This document shows, one piece after another, positions 44,739 through 54,486 of a stretch of 64,000 nt of DNA. The notes under the pieces are model-generated. The model was not told where the DNA came from. It saw nothing but the letters and a program-made list of their open reading frames with translations, and did not search any database. The position numbers and the translations under genes are program-made. The DNA is from a virus (Duplodnaviria > Caudoviricetes): positions 123,795-187,794 of IMG/VR virus record IMGVR_UViG_3300014204_000114. One strand, given 5' to 3'. Positions within the stretch are counted from its first letter, which is position 1; the number at the start of each line of letters is the position of its first letter.

Positions 44739-46814
44739 TTATAACACCATCGAAGTAACGATTTCTTCCTTAGGAGTCTCTACACTATCTATTAACGTAA
44801 CGATTGAAACGTCGTATGTTTTATTATTGGTTAGTCCGCTCACGACATAAGTATTCACTCCGGAGGTCAAACTATTAACCGGAGAAGCATTATGCTTAGT
44901 CCAGTTATTAGTCCCGTACTCTTTATAATAGAAATTGTACTCGTCAGTAGGATCCTGTAGATACCAATAGATACCCATCAATCCGCTTGCTACGTAGATA
45001 CCGCTAATAGAAGGAACGCTGTCGTAAGTATATTTGAGGTATGGATAAGTTCCCGCGGCGGGATGCCTATCGACAATAGCTACTACATCATCTTCGGAAA
45101 ACTCTCCGCCATAAGTATCCAAAACATCATAAGGAGTCATAACAAAGAAAGACGCAGGCTGCATATGAGGTAACGGTATGTCTGTATACCATTGTATTTC
45201 AGGATAATAAGTTAAAGCTTCTGCAGTTTTCTCTTTTACTACTCCGCCGCCTTTTACTCTAGTATCAAATAGTAGTATGGCGTCATTATCTATAGCTTCG
45301 CTGACTGAAAGCTCGCCAAGAATAAGATACTGATATAAGTTCCCGGACGATAATACGGAATAAGAGGTTTGGAATCCAGAGTACGTCATAGCTTCTACAG
45401 TAGAAGATATATTCATGTTACCGTCGGGAGTCCCCGTAGAAGTAGGAGACAAGTCATTCCTTTGACTACAGTATTCTACGTTATCTCCATCGTCAATAAT
45501 TAAGTGGTAGATAGATCTGCTTCTAGAAGAGTTATCGTTAGGAGTCGCTTCCGGAACACAGTAGAGGCATATCTTCTTTCCTATTATATCTCTGTTGTGT
45601 AGAGGGTTAAAGTTCACGAGGGGATAAAGGTAAGTGTCCAACTGATGGTAATACGTTACTTTAGCCGTATAATCCATCGACAGATTTTTGTTTAACTGGA
45701 TAAAGCCGCCATAAGTATCGACATACTGAATATATCCATAGGAAAAATCGACTCCATAATCAGACTCTGTGCCGTCCTTATCCTGATCTGTAGTGAAGGC
45801 ATATAAGCACGTATCGTTCGTGTCAAATATAAATACATCTATATCAAATCCTTCCGCGGAATCATAATAGACTCCACCAAATTGGGCTTTTACTATATAC
45901 GGATAGACTAGTAATGCGTCTTCGTTTATAGCTGCTATGTATGGGTAATAGGGATAGAAAGATTGGTTGTAAAATTCCGGCACGTCATATACGTAATTGT
46001 ACCCGCTAAAAGATCTCGCAAATCCGTCCGTTGTGACTCTTACATTCCATGATGCATCAGAATCTAAGTTCTCAGGGACTAGTATTCTAACTCCGTCTGC
46101 ATCCTCAGCCTTATAGGAGTATGTCGTAGATTGTGGTAAAGTGAACTCGTAGCTTCCGGCGCTGTATTCCATTATATAAGCTTTAGCTGTAGTTTTTAAT
46201 GTTCCGCCGCCAGTTAAGTCATCTATAGTCGCAGCATGGAATAAAGGGGAATTATCCAAAAGCTCAGTATAAGTGGTATAAGTCGTTCCGTCTTTAACGA
46301 CATATCTTACATAATAAAGCTGCAAGTCTCCAGAAAAGTCATCATACTTATTCTCTAATAGATTGAATATGTTGCCAGTATATAATCCCGTGCCACCATC
46401 TTCCTCTAGCGTAAACCCATAAGTCACTTCAGCCATATTAATGTCATATATTACTATAGACATTACTTCTTGAGTGCCGCCAAAAGTAAAGTTCTTTAAA
46501 GCGTGATTAAAGAACAGAGGAGCAGCTATTGAGTTAGACGCCGTACTGACATATTCATCCGTGACTAAGATGTCGTCAAACTTAGAACTAAACGTAGAGC
46601 TCGTAAAAGTTAGATAAACGGACTCGTCTAAAGCGTATACATTCTCTTTCAAAACTGAATGCTTGTCTACCAATCCAATATTATTATTAGACTTTAATTT
46701 CTCCGATACATAATAAGCCAATATTACATTATCAGGTCTGGTCGAAGAGACCGCCCGAATCTTATGTATATCCCTTATAATATATAATCTAGTATCACAA
46801 GAAATAGTAGGCAT
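44739..46814 (-). CDS. virion structural protein with C-terminal Fn3 domain
   Basis: DTRVKGGG motif; C-terminal YW..YNFYY..YVVSGLTNNKTYDVSI (Fn3). Confidence 0.7.
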   Translation of the reverse strand: MPTISCDTRLYIIRDIHKIRAVSSTRPDNVILAYYVSEKLKSNNNIGLVDKHSVLKENVYALDESVYLTFTSSTFSSKFDDILVTDEYVSTASNSIAAPLFFNHALKNFTFGGTQEVMSIVIYDINMAEVTYGFTLEEDGGTGLYTGNIFNLLENKYDDFSGDLQLYYVRYVVKDGTTYTTYTELLDNSPLFHAATIDDLTGGGTLKTTAKAYIMEYSAGSYEFTLPQSTTYSYKAEDADGVRILVPENLDSDASWNVRVTTDGFARSFSGYNYVYDVPEFYNQSFYPYYPYIAAINEDALLVYPYIVKAQFGGVYYDSAEGFDIDVFIFDTNDTCLYAFTTDQDKDGTESDYGVDFSYGYIQYVDTYGGFIQLNKNLSMDYTAKVTYYHQLDTYLYPLVNFNPLHNRDIIGKKICLYCVPEATPNDNSSRSRSIYHLIIDDGDNVEYCSQRNDLSPTSTGTPDGNMNISSTVEAMTYSGFQTSYSVLSSGNLYQYLILGELSVSEAIDNDAILLFDTRVKGGGVVKEKTAEALTYYPEIQWYTDIPLPHMQPASFFVMTPYDVLDTYGGEFSEDDVVAIVDRHPAAGTYPYLKYTYDSVPSISGIYVASGLMGIYWYLQDPTDEYNFYYKEYGTNNWTKHNASPVNSLTSGVNTYVVSGLTNNKTYDVSIVTLIDSVETPKEEIVTSMVL

Positions 46815-46817
46815 TTA

Positions 46818-49766
46818 TTATCCTAACTTTGCTTCGAGTTTAGCTAGTCTCTCCTCTAGTTCTATATTCTTATCACGGAGCTTCTTCATCTCAGGGAGCA
46901 TAAGAACTGCAAGTAACGGATAGTCAACAGCGTCTGGTTCTTTGTTTTTGTCAAAAACGGCAAGCTGAGGCATGACCATAGCTACCTCTTCCGCTATTAG
47001 ACCAATCGAAGTTTTTTTATTTTTTTTCCATATAAATGAAACCGGCCTAAGGTCATATACTTTACTGGTATCCAACAGCATATCTTTAATATCTTCTTTA
47101 TACTTCTTAGACGACGCGCTCCTAAATACCATTTTATCGCCAGAATCATCATACTTTAAGTAATAATCACCGCCGACACCTGGATCTTGTTCAAGAAAAA
47201 CATTTCCTGTAAAGTGCGAGTTGCTGCCATTACTAACTGTAAAACCGTCGTCTACATATAAATGATTAACAACTTCTACGTTGTCGCTAAGTAACAAGTT
47301 GCCAACTGACGATCTTATGTAGCCGCCAGAAGTCATAACTAAATTTCCTGTTATATCAGCGCCTCCAGCGTTGATGGTCAATCCTCCAGAATTTACGACT
47401 ATCGCAGCGTTAGAATAAATACCACCAACCCCACTCGTACCATCTACATATACACCATAGCCTGAACTAGAAGACCCTGTTGTGATTACATATAGGTCTC
47501 CTCCTCCAGCTATAGTTGCCCTGCCATCAATGTAAGCGCCACCTCCACCAATTAAAAGGCCATATCCGCTTCCGGTACTACTCCCTACGCGAATACCATA
47601 CTGAGTCCATAAGCTATAATCCTGCAGGGCTTCGCCACTACTAATGCCAGACCCGCCAGATATTTTACCGTTAATCTGAGCTCCGCCAGCTCCCCCTACT
47701 CCGTTGCCATTAACATACAGTGCTGTTCTCGTGTTCCCAGCTGTACCATATCCACCGTCTATCCATAAACCATAAACAGCTCTCATAGACCTAGAATTGT
47801 AAGGATCACCTACACTTACTCCGGCAGCATAAATACAGCCAGCGCTGGCAATTATATTCCCTGCAGTAGCTGTAATGTTACCACTAGTCACGCCTAAATT
47901 ACCAACTGAGACAGTTAGATTATTTCTACAGTCTATCGTCGTAGCTGCCGAACCATTATATCCAGAAATATTACCTAAATATAATATACCGGCTACAGCG
48001 CCTTCACTTATAAGACCTGACTGATAGATTTCAAAATGATCAGTTGTGGATTTTAAAAGCCATTTTTGATCAGTATGGAGAGTTCCACCGTACATATAAA
48101 TACGGCCACCAATCGTTGTGTCGTATCCGCCTATATGCAAACTGCCAGCGCCGCCTGTCGAAAGACCCGCGGTTCCACCACTAGTACCAGTCAGTCTAAC
48201 ATCTCCACTACCACCTATAAAATCATAAGCTCCACCAGTTACAGTAGTAAAGGTCAGAGCTGTATTTCCTTGGTCGTAATAAATACTTGGACCTGTATAT
48301 GCTCCAGCAACACTTAAAGAACCAAAGACTATTCTTCTAGAGTCATCCGTAATATTGTTATACCTAGTGCCTGAATTTTTACTTGCGAGAAGTAGATCTC
48401 CAAGCATAGCATTGCCGTATGGATCCCTCTGGTATTCTGAAGTTGTAGGATCAGTACTTCCTAAAGGTCTTCCATCCCAACCCCATCTATGTAAGTATTG
48501 GACATGATCGTCCTGTTGCCATCTGGAAGGGGGAATGGTTATTCTTGTTTGAGTTGCAGGTAAACCTGTATCAGCTGAAGTTGGAATAAGTCCTTCTAAA
48601 TCAGCATGATCTATTCTATATGTTGGGTCTCCCGTAGGAGTATTAGCACCATCATCATTATAGTCTCTTTTATGCTTGTGGTTTAGAAGGAGATATCTAT
48701 TGTAATCTAATTGGGATGTTAGATCTGCTCCGCCGGTACTATTCATAACTATCAGGATGTAATCGCTTGAAGGAGTTGCGCTGGTTGTTAAAAGTCCCGC
48801 GGCGCTATCGTCTGCATATATCTCGGTAGACCCAGCCACAAAACTCTTAGTAGTAAATGTCACGCCTTGGATTATAGACTGAGTACTAACTTTATATATC
48901 ATCATTAGGCCTTGGGGGACAGCCGCGCCAGTTCCAAGAGCTACAATATTAGGAGGGAGAGACATAGACTGAGCCCAATATGCTGCAGATTCAGAACCAG
49001 AAGGAACCTGATCAGATGTTTTTCCGGACGCGTCAAGAGTCGATCTTGTGCCCGAACTACCTACTGCTCCTATACTAGCAGGAAGAGTGATTAAATAATC
49101 GTGGCCGCCGGAACCAGTATTTATAGTAAGTCTTTTAACAGGGTCTAAAGTCGCAATATCAAACGGTGCAGGATACATGGTTAAATAACTATTAGGTCTC
49201 CATGCTCCACCACCCGCATAATACATTCCTATGTCTGAAGGTATGTCCGCACTGTATGTAGCTTCAATACCAGCCGTTAAGTCGTCATAGCAATAAAGCA
49301 CGCCAGCAGAGCTGACATAATAATCTCCAGTCCCATTTACTCCAAACTTCCCATCGTTAGGGGGGGTGCCATTGCCGTCGTAATGACAGGTACCGCCTTG
49401 TAGAGGCGCGGAGTCAAAACTTATACCGCTAACGGTAGTACTTAAATCATCATGAGGACAGAAAGGCAGAACATGAACAGTGCCAGCACCTAAAGTTATG
49501 GCTACTTCCACATCTGATGCCGGATAAGATCTCGGAGTTAGATGTTTGAGCATACCTATAGTTCTGGCTATGTTTATAACTGCTGGGTTGTCTTGACCTG
49601 TTGTTCCGTAATACTCTCCCCAAACATCGCCTATTACTTTCTCTAAAATAGTAACCGCAGCCTTAGCCTGAGAAGATAAGTAAGTAAGCTTAACAGCAGT
49701 AGGTTGCTCGCTGCTATAAAAATCTATATCAACCGGATAAGTTGTGCCTTTTTTATCGTCAGCCAT
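46818..49766 (-). CDS. tail fibre/spike with C-terminal intramolecular chaperone (Peptidase_S74)
   Basis: Gly-rich beta region; SSKKYKEDIKD..LRPVSF.W..GLIAEEV..VDY..coiled coil; HKH and DDHVQYLH motifs. Confidence 0.88.
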   Translation of the reverse strand: MADDKKGTTYPVDIDFYSSEQPTAVKLTYLSSQAKAAVTILEKVIGDVWGEYYGTTGQDNPAVINIARTIGMLKHLTPRSYPASDVEVAITLGAGTVHVLPFCPHDDLSTTVSGISFDSAPLQGGTCHYDGNGTPPNDGKFGVNGTGDYYVSSAGVLYCYDDLTAGIEATYSADIPSDIGMYYAGGGAWRPNSYLTMYPAPFDIATLDPVKRLTINTGSGGHDYLITLPASIGAVGSSGTRSTLDASGKTSDQVPSGSESAAYWAQSMSLPPNIVALGTGAAVPQGLMMIYKVSTQSIIQGVTFTTKSFVAGSTEIYADDSAAGLLTTSATPSSDYILIVMNSTGGADLTSQLDYNRYLLLNHKHKRDYNDDGANTPTGDPTYRIDHADLEGLIPTSADTGLPATQTRITIPPSRWQQDDHVQYLHRWGWDGRPLGSTDPTTSEYQRDPYGNAMLGDLLLASKNSGTRYNNITDDSRRIVFGSLSVAGAYTGPSIYYDQGNTALTFTTVTGGAYDFIGGSGDVRLTGTSGGTAGLSTGGAGSLHIGGYDTTIGGRIYMYGGTLHTDQKWLLKSTTDHFEIYQSGLISEGAVAGILYLGNISGYNGSAATTIDCRNNLTVSVGNLGVTSGNITATAGNIIASAGCIYAAGVSVGDPYNSRSMRAVYGLWIDGGYGTAGNTRTALYVNGNGVGGAGGAQINGKISGGSGISSGEALQDYSLWTQYGIRVGSSTGSGYGLLIGGGGAYIDGRATIAGGGDLYVITTGSSSSGYGVYVDGTSGVGGIYSNAAIVVNSGGLTINAGGADITGNLVMTSGGYIRSSVGNLLLSDNVEVVNHLYVDDGFTVSNGSNSHFTGNVFLEQDPGVGGDYYLKYDDSGDKMVFRSASSKKYKEDIKDMLLDTSKVYDLRPVSFIWKKNKKTSIGLIAEEVAMVMPQLAVFDKNKEPDAVDYPLLAVLMLPEMKKLRDKNIELEERLAKLEAKLG

Positions 49767-49775
49767 TTTTTAACC

Positions 49776-51920
49776 TCATACGAAATAGCCGCCGCTTAGA
49801 CCGCTATTTACATTAACAAATACAGCGCCATCTAACGCGGAAGCATGTCTGTAAATTCCAGACGGAATTCTAAATCCTAAAGGAATCCTTACTTCTCCAG
49901 ACGGTACATTAGCAGGATAAATGCCAAAATAATCGAAGGCTTCCCACAAAGTTTGCTTGTCGCTCATACCATCTGTAAGTATTGTAACACCCTTCATATA
50001 ATCGGGCAATAAGATGTTTATATCTACCTCATTGCTATATACTAATCCTCTTAATTGACTATACGCGAAAGCTCTGACTGTAGTGACGCCTTCGGATATT
50101 AGCTCGTAGCCCCTCAAGCTCCCTGAAACTCCGCTTAAAGTATATGGATATATGACGTTTGTTCCGCTTATAGTCGTCGGCATAATCGGAGCGTTAGTCC
50201 CTATTAGTCCTGTAATTGGATCGTAAGCTAGAGCGTCAGAAGTACATACCATCATCCTACGAGCATTTCTAACTTCATCTCTATAAGCTACTGGAACGGG
50301 AAGACCAAAGAACTCGCGCCGGGCTATTTCTCTATCTATAACTTCCTGAGATATACCGCTAACTGTAGGATAGAATCCTTCGTCTACTAAGTATTGTTTT
50401 ATAGCGTCATTTACACTATCTACAGATAAGAGATCGTCATCGCTATATAAAGCGTAAAGATAAACACTATCAGTATCTCCATATACTTCCGTACTAAATA
50501 CTAAATTCGAATATAAGCCAGATGTAGTTACAGAAGAAGTAAAGTTGGTTAGAGAGTTAATGGTTGTAGGCGCAGTCAAATAAGTATATGCTTTGCCTTC
50601 AGCATTAGTATATGAAGTTATGGAATCTGAAGAGCCGCCTAGTAAGCCTATCACCGGCTCGGATATTATTTCAAACGTTACTTGTATATCAGATAAGACA
50701 GACCCGCTCTTATCATAAACAGTAGCCATTAAAACCGAATAGTTGTTACCTACGTTCAGGAAGTATTCGCCGCTGGTATTTTTAGATTCAAGCACTACGG
50801 AATACGGGTCGTCTATAAACGGGCTCATAACTATAAAGCCCTTATCCGTACCATTTACTAAAGGATACATATTTAAGTAGTTTATTAGTCTTGTGTCTTC
50901 CGTATCATCAGCTTCATATTCGAGAGAAGGTCCGTATTTATATCTTATGTAGAACTCTGATGTTTCGTCCGGCCTGATTCCGTGAGTGCCATTACCAGTT
51001 CTGAATTGGCCTATTTTCCAATCTACTTCTACGGAGTGGTCTCCAGAAGCGCAGGTTAATAAGTTATCTACCGGCGTCCAGGATGTATAAGAGCCGCCGT
51101 CTATAGAATAAATGTCTACGTTTGAGATGCCGGAAATGAGAGGGTAGTAACTACTGAAGAAAGCACCATTCTCTGCACTTTCAGATATCGTGCCTTTGTA
51201 TTCCAGCATCATTATGTCATCGAGGCCGGTTACGGTTATGTTGTCCCATGGAGCCTGAATATAGTTCTTATTATATATAGCTGTTGGAGGACTAGTAGAC
51301 CTGTCTAAAGTAAATTCATCGTAAGAGTCGTCAACGTTCGCCCAGACTATATTGTTACCCGAGTCTATTGTAGATTGCTCTTCTCCAGAAACTACAACTC
51401 CAGTGAATCGATAAACGTGCTTTATATCTCTTAAAACATTAACAGCTTCTTCGTCGTACCTACTATAGTATTTAGATTTTAAAGGAACTCCGCGTTTTGG
51501 TTCATACAGCAGCTGTATTTCGTTAGTCCCTTCCGAGTTTAAGCCTGAAGGAACAGGCTGTGAAATACACCCATCCGAATGAAAATAGAAGTCATCAGTC
51601 CTAAAGAAGTAAGTTCCATGGTCTATATTCGGCGACCATAAATCGACACCAGAAGTATAAACCTTATCTATACTTTCTACGTATAAATCATCATCATCGC
51701 CTATGCCCGCCTGCAGATAACCAGAGTTAATGTATTTTATATTAACCCCGGAAAGCTTATTCATTATGCAAGTTTCGGGATAGTCGGCAGCTCTAGCCCA
51801 CGCAGAATCATCCCATAGCCAACCTGAAACATCTTTAGAGGTTGAATATGCGCCGATCCTGAAATCTCTTTCATTCAGCTTATAGACTACAACTTTCGTG
51901 TCACAATATATAGTAGTCAT
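49776..51920 (-). CDS. baseplate/virion protein with Ig-like (Big_1) domain
   Basis: ATVYDKSG..SDIQVTF..TNAEGKA; VDWKIGQFRTGNGTHG.RP wedge-type motif; start MTTIYCDT at 51920. Confidence 0.7.
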   Translation of the reverse strand: MTTIYCDTKVVVYKLNERDFRIGAYSTSKDVSGWLWDDSAWARAADYPETCIMNKLSGVNIKYINSGYLQAGIGDDDDLYVESIDKVYTSGVDLWSPNIDHGTYFFRTDDFYFHSDGCISQPVPSGLNSEGTNEIQLLYEPKRGVPLKSKYYSRYDEEAVNVLRDIKHVYRFTGVVVSGEEQSTIDSGNNIVWANVDDSYDEFTLDRSTSPPTAIYNKNYIQAPWDNITVTGLDDIMMLEYKGTISESAENGAFFSSYYPLISGISNVDIYSIDGGSYTSWTPVDNLLTCASGDHSVEVDWKIGQFRTGNGTHGIRPDETSEFYIRYKYGPSLEYEADDTEDTRLINYLNMYPLVNGTDKGFIVMSPFIDDPYSVVLESKNTSGEYFLNVGNNYSVLMATVYDKSGSVLSDIQVTFEIISEPVIGLLGGSSDSITSYTNAEGKAYTYLTAPTTINSLTNFTSSVTTSGLYSNLVFSTEVYGDTDSVYLYALYSDDDLLSVDSVNDAIKQYLVDEGFYPTVSGISQEVIDREIARREFFGLPVPVAYRDEVRNARRMMVCTSDALAYDPITGLIGTNAPIMPTTISGTNVIYPYTLSGVSGSLRGYELISEGVTTVRAFAYSQLRGLVYSNEVDINILLPDYMKGVTILTDGMSDKQTLWEAFDYFGIYPANVPSGEVRIPLGFRIPSGIYRHASALDGAVFVNVNSGLSGGYFV

Positions 51921-52894
51921 CACTGCCCCCAATAAATAGCAGCTTCTTCGAGCTGACTATTAAGAAAATCTATGCCTAATTTGGTAGGCAGGCTATATAC
52001 ATAATTACCATAAGCGTCGGTAGTATAATGAAAGAGCTTGTCTTTGAAGTTGTCTTCGTATGGACTATAAATCATTACAGGCGCAGCCTTTAATGTAAAT
52101 GGAAAATCGTTATACTTATATCTGATTGAGGATGCTGCGGCGGGAGTAGAATACGAATAAATCTTGCCGTTCTGATAGTCGATATAAAAATCGCCAACAA
52201 CAGCCATATCAGACTCTTGATTCTTTTCGCCCGCAAAGACATTAGCACTTATTCTGTATGTAGAAGGATTTGGTACGTTCCCGTCATATGCGTAAGTATA
52301 CTGTTTATATGCTATCTGGTCCGAGAAGTAAATGCTGCCTTTTACTACGTTTGTATTTTTAAGGCTGTATGCAGGGAGAGAAGGAATCGATTCGCTCGCA
52401 ATTAACTTACAACTTATCTGGTCGTAAACCTTCATGCTTCGAACATAACTACCACATTCTAAAGTTGCCGTGAAGCACGTAGAATTAGCATTTATATAAT
52501 CGACTAAGTCCCCTACAAAATACCCATCCCCGCGGTTAAACAAATCTATGTTTAATTCTTCTGTTAATACATCATAAGTATAATCTGAATAAAGGATAAG
52601 CTTGCTCGCTTTAACTTCTACTGCCGGATTGGTCGCAACGTAAACGCCGCCGCTATAATTCGGAGTGATAGTCAAAGCGTCAAATAATTCATATCCTAAA
52701 TCCCTATTAATAGCATATATAATCCCCATATAATCAGAGCCTGATTTATGAGACATACTGTCATAAATTCTTAACTTATAGGAGGCGTTACTTTCATCAG
52801 GCAGTCTCTCTACGCCATAGAATAAACCTATATCGTCTAACCCGTTGAATGAGTTATAGAAATTTAAAGTACCTGTTGCGGTAGAGACTGTCAC
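51920..52894 (-). CDS. baseplate wedge protein (gpI/gp7-like N-terminus)
   Basis: LDDIGLFYGVERLPDESNASYKLRI motif. Confidence 0.7.
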   Translation of the reverse strand: MTVSTATGTLNFYNSFNGLDDIGLFYGVERLPDESNASYKLRIYDSMSHKSGSDYMGIIYAINRDLGYELFDALTITPNYSGGVYVATNPAVEVKASKLILYSDYTYDVLTEELNIDLFNRGDGYFVGDLVDYINANSTCFTATLECGSYVRSMKVYDQISCKLIASESIPSLPAYSLKNTNVVKGSIYFSDQIAYKQYTYAYDGNVPNPSTYRISANVFAGEKNQESDMAVVGDFYIDYQNGKIYSYSTPAAASSIRYKYNDFPFTLKAAPVMIYSPYEDNFKDKLFHYTTDAYGNYVYSLPTKLGIDFLNSQLEEAAIYWGQ

Positions 52895-54486
52895 GTATAC
52901 TTAACCTCTACGGTTCCATAATCTTCGGTAAAGAAAACCATTAGCCTAGAGTAATCTATCAAAGCTAGATCTCTGTGTAATACTAGTTTATGATACTTTC
53001 CGTCCGCGGTCAATATCCAAAGGTTTCTATCTGAGTCAAATGCCATACCTATCATATTAGAACTGAATAAAGAGTAGAGATAGATCTCTTGTTTTGGCGC
53101 CAAAGTATTTACAGATATTATCTTTTGATCCCTCGAAACAGTCTGATCTTCATATAAACATTCAAGAGTAAATAAGTAGTCTCCTGTTTGGTCTACAGTA
53201 AAGTCATAGTAGAAGGAATCGACAAAACGTCCTATTTCAAAGTCTGCGTAAACGCTATCTCCTACAGTCACTACTCCGCTTTTTGTAATTTGTCTTTGGG
53301 TGCCGTCGGGATAATCAACCAGTATTCTATATTTGTTTACTGGAGAAATCGGTCTGCGGTTCCATACCTGGAATGTAATCTCTTCGTTTAGATAAGCAAA
53401 ATACCTTTCGAAAAGGAGGATGCAGTTTGCGTCATAATCCTTTATTTTTAGAAGGGAGAAGTCAGGTGTCTGCTGAGGGTACTCTGCCACGTATAGTTTC
53501 GTAGAGTCTATATAGTATACATGTTTTCGTAGATGATCTACTTCTACATCTAAAGCGGTAATAGAGTAGCCGTTAGAATCGATAAGCTTAGCGGCATAGA
53601 ATACGTCTCGTTCTGTATACCCTAATTTCAGTAAGTCTAGGTCGTTCACTGCATATGTGGAATGTTCTATATAGCTACCGTCGTTCATCCCAGAGACATT
53701 GATAAAGTAAGGTTTAGCGACTCTCGAATTTACATCGTAGTAAGTATCATAATAGCACTTTCTGTATTCTATATTAAACGGCATACTTAATAAGAGTATA
53801 GAAGAATCATCATTATACATTCTCTTAAACTCAATTCCATCTATATGAGAAAACTCGCCAGGCATAATATTTGGACCGGGGCATACAAAATTCATCTTCA
53901 TCGTAGAGTCTTCAGCGACTCTATTTAAGCCCGAGTAAGCTATTTCGCCTATCGAATATTCTTCTTCTATGGAAGACTCACCGGATACGACTAAAGTTAT
54001 CTGGCCGCTAGCTACACCTAAATCCGTATCTAAAGATAAGGATTGATTATATCCGCTTAGTATCCCCGCATATAAAATATGGGATTCGCCGCTAACAGTT
54101 TCTGCAACCGTAACTCTATTGGGCGCTGAATCATACCAGAACTCATCTATCGTATTTGGTATAACCGGAGATATCTGAGTCAGACTTCCGGAGATAGTAA
54201 CATAAACTAGAGGAGGAATGTAATCAGGGACATGCTGATCTGTCGCGCCCATTTCAAATTCAAAGTCCGCGGGGAGCTCAAAAGTATATAAGGGACCCAT
54301 CTCGTCAAGATTAAACGAAGTCAAATTAAGATTATTAGTCTTAGATTTAGCATAATGAGAAAGCTCTTCTATAGGCTCACATAAAGCACACAGAAGTTGC
54401 TTTATTACGCTCTGATCGTCCATTCTAGCATCGGACCATTGCGGAAAGTTTAAAGAAACCAGATCTACAAATGAAGGCTTATCCAT
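52891..54486 (-). CDS. baseplate structural protein
   Basis: Directly after baseplate J; FPQWS N-terminus; acidic and beta-rich. Confidence 0.65.
   Translation of the reverse strand: MDKPSFVDLVSLNFPQWSDARMDDQSVIKQLLCALCEPIEELSHYAKSKTNNLNLTSFNLDEMGPLYTFELPADFEFEMGATDQHVPDYIPPLVYVTISGSLTQISPVIPNTIDEFWYDSAPNRVTVAETVSGESHILYAGILSGYNQSLSLDTDLGVASGQITLVVSGESSIEEEYSIGEIAYSGLNRVAEDSTMKMNFVCPGPNIMPGEFSHIDGIEFKRMYNDDSSILLLSMPFNIEYRKCYYDTYYDVNSRVAKPYFINVSGMNDGSYIEHSTYAVNDLDLLKLGYTERDVFYAAKLIDSNGYSITALDVEVDHLRKHVYYIDSTKLYVAEYPQQTPDFSLLKIKDYDANCILLFERYFAYLNEEITFQVWNRRPISPVNKYRILVDYPDGTQRQITKSGVVTVGDSVYADFEIGRFVDSFYYDFTVDQTGDYLFTLECLYEDQTVSRDQKIISVNTLAPKQEIYLYSLFSSNMIGMAFDSDRNLWILTADGKYHKLVLHRDLALIDYSRLMVFFTEDYGTVEVKYT

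Noticed and set aside
46818-49766. SG enrichment in the S74 fibre as sequon evidence
   Set aside because: About 20 SG but also about 14 GS in a very Gly/Ser-rich protein, so composition can explain it; not counted as support
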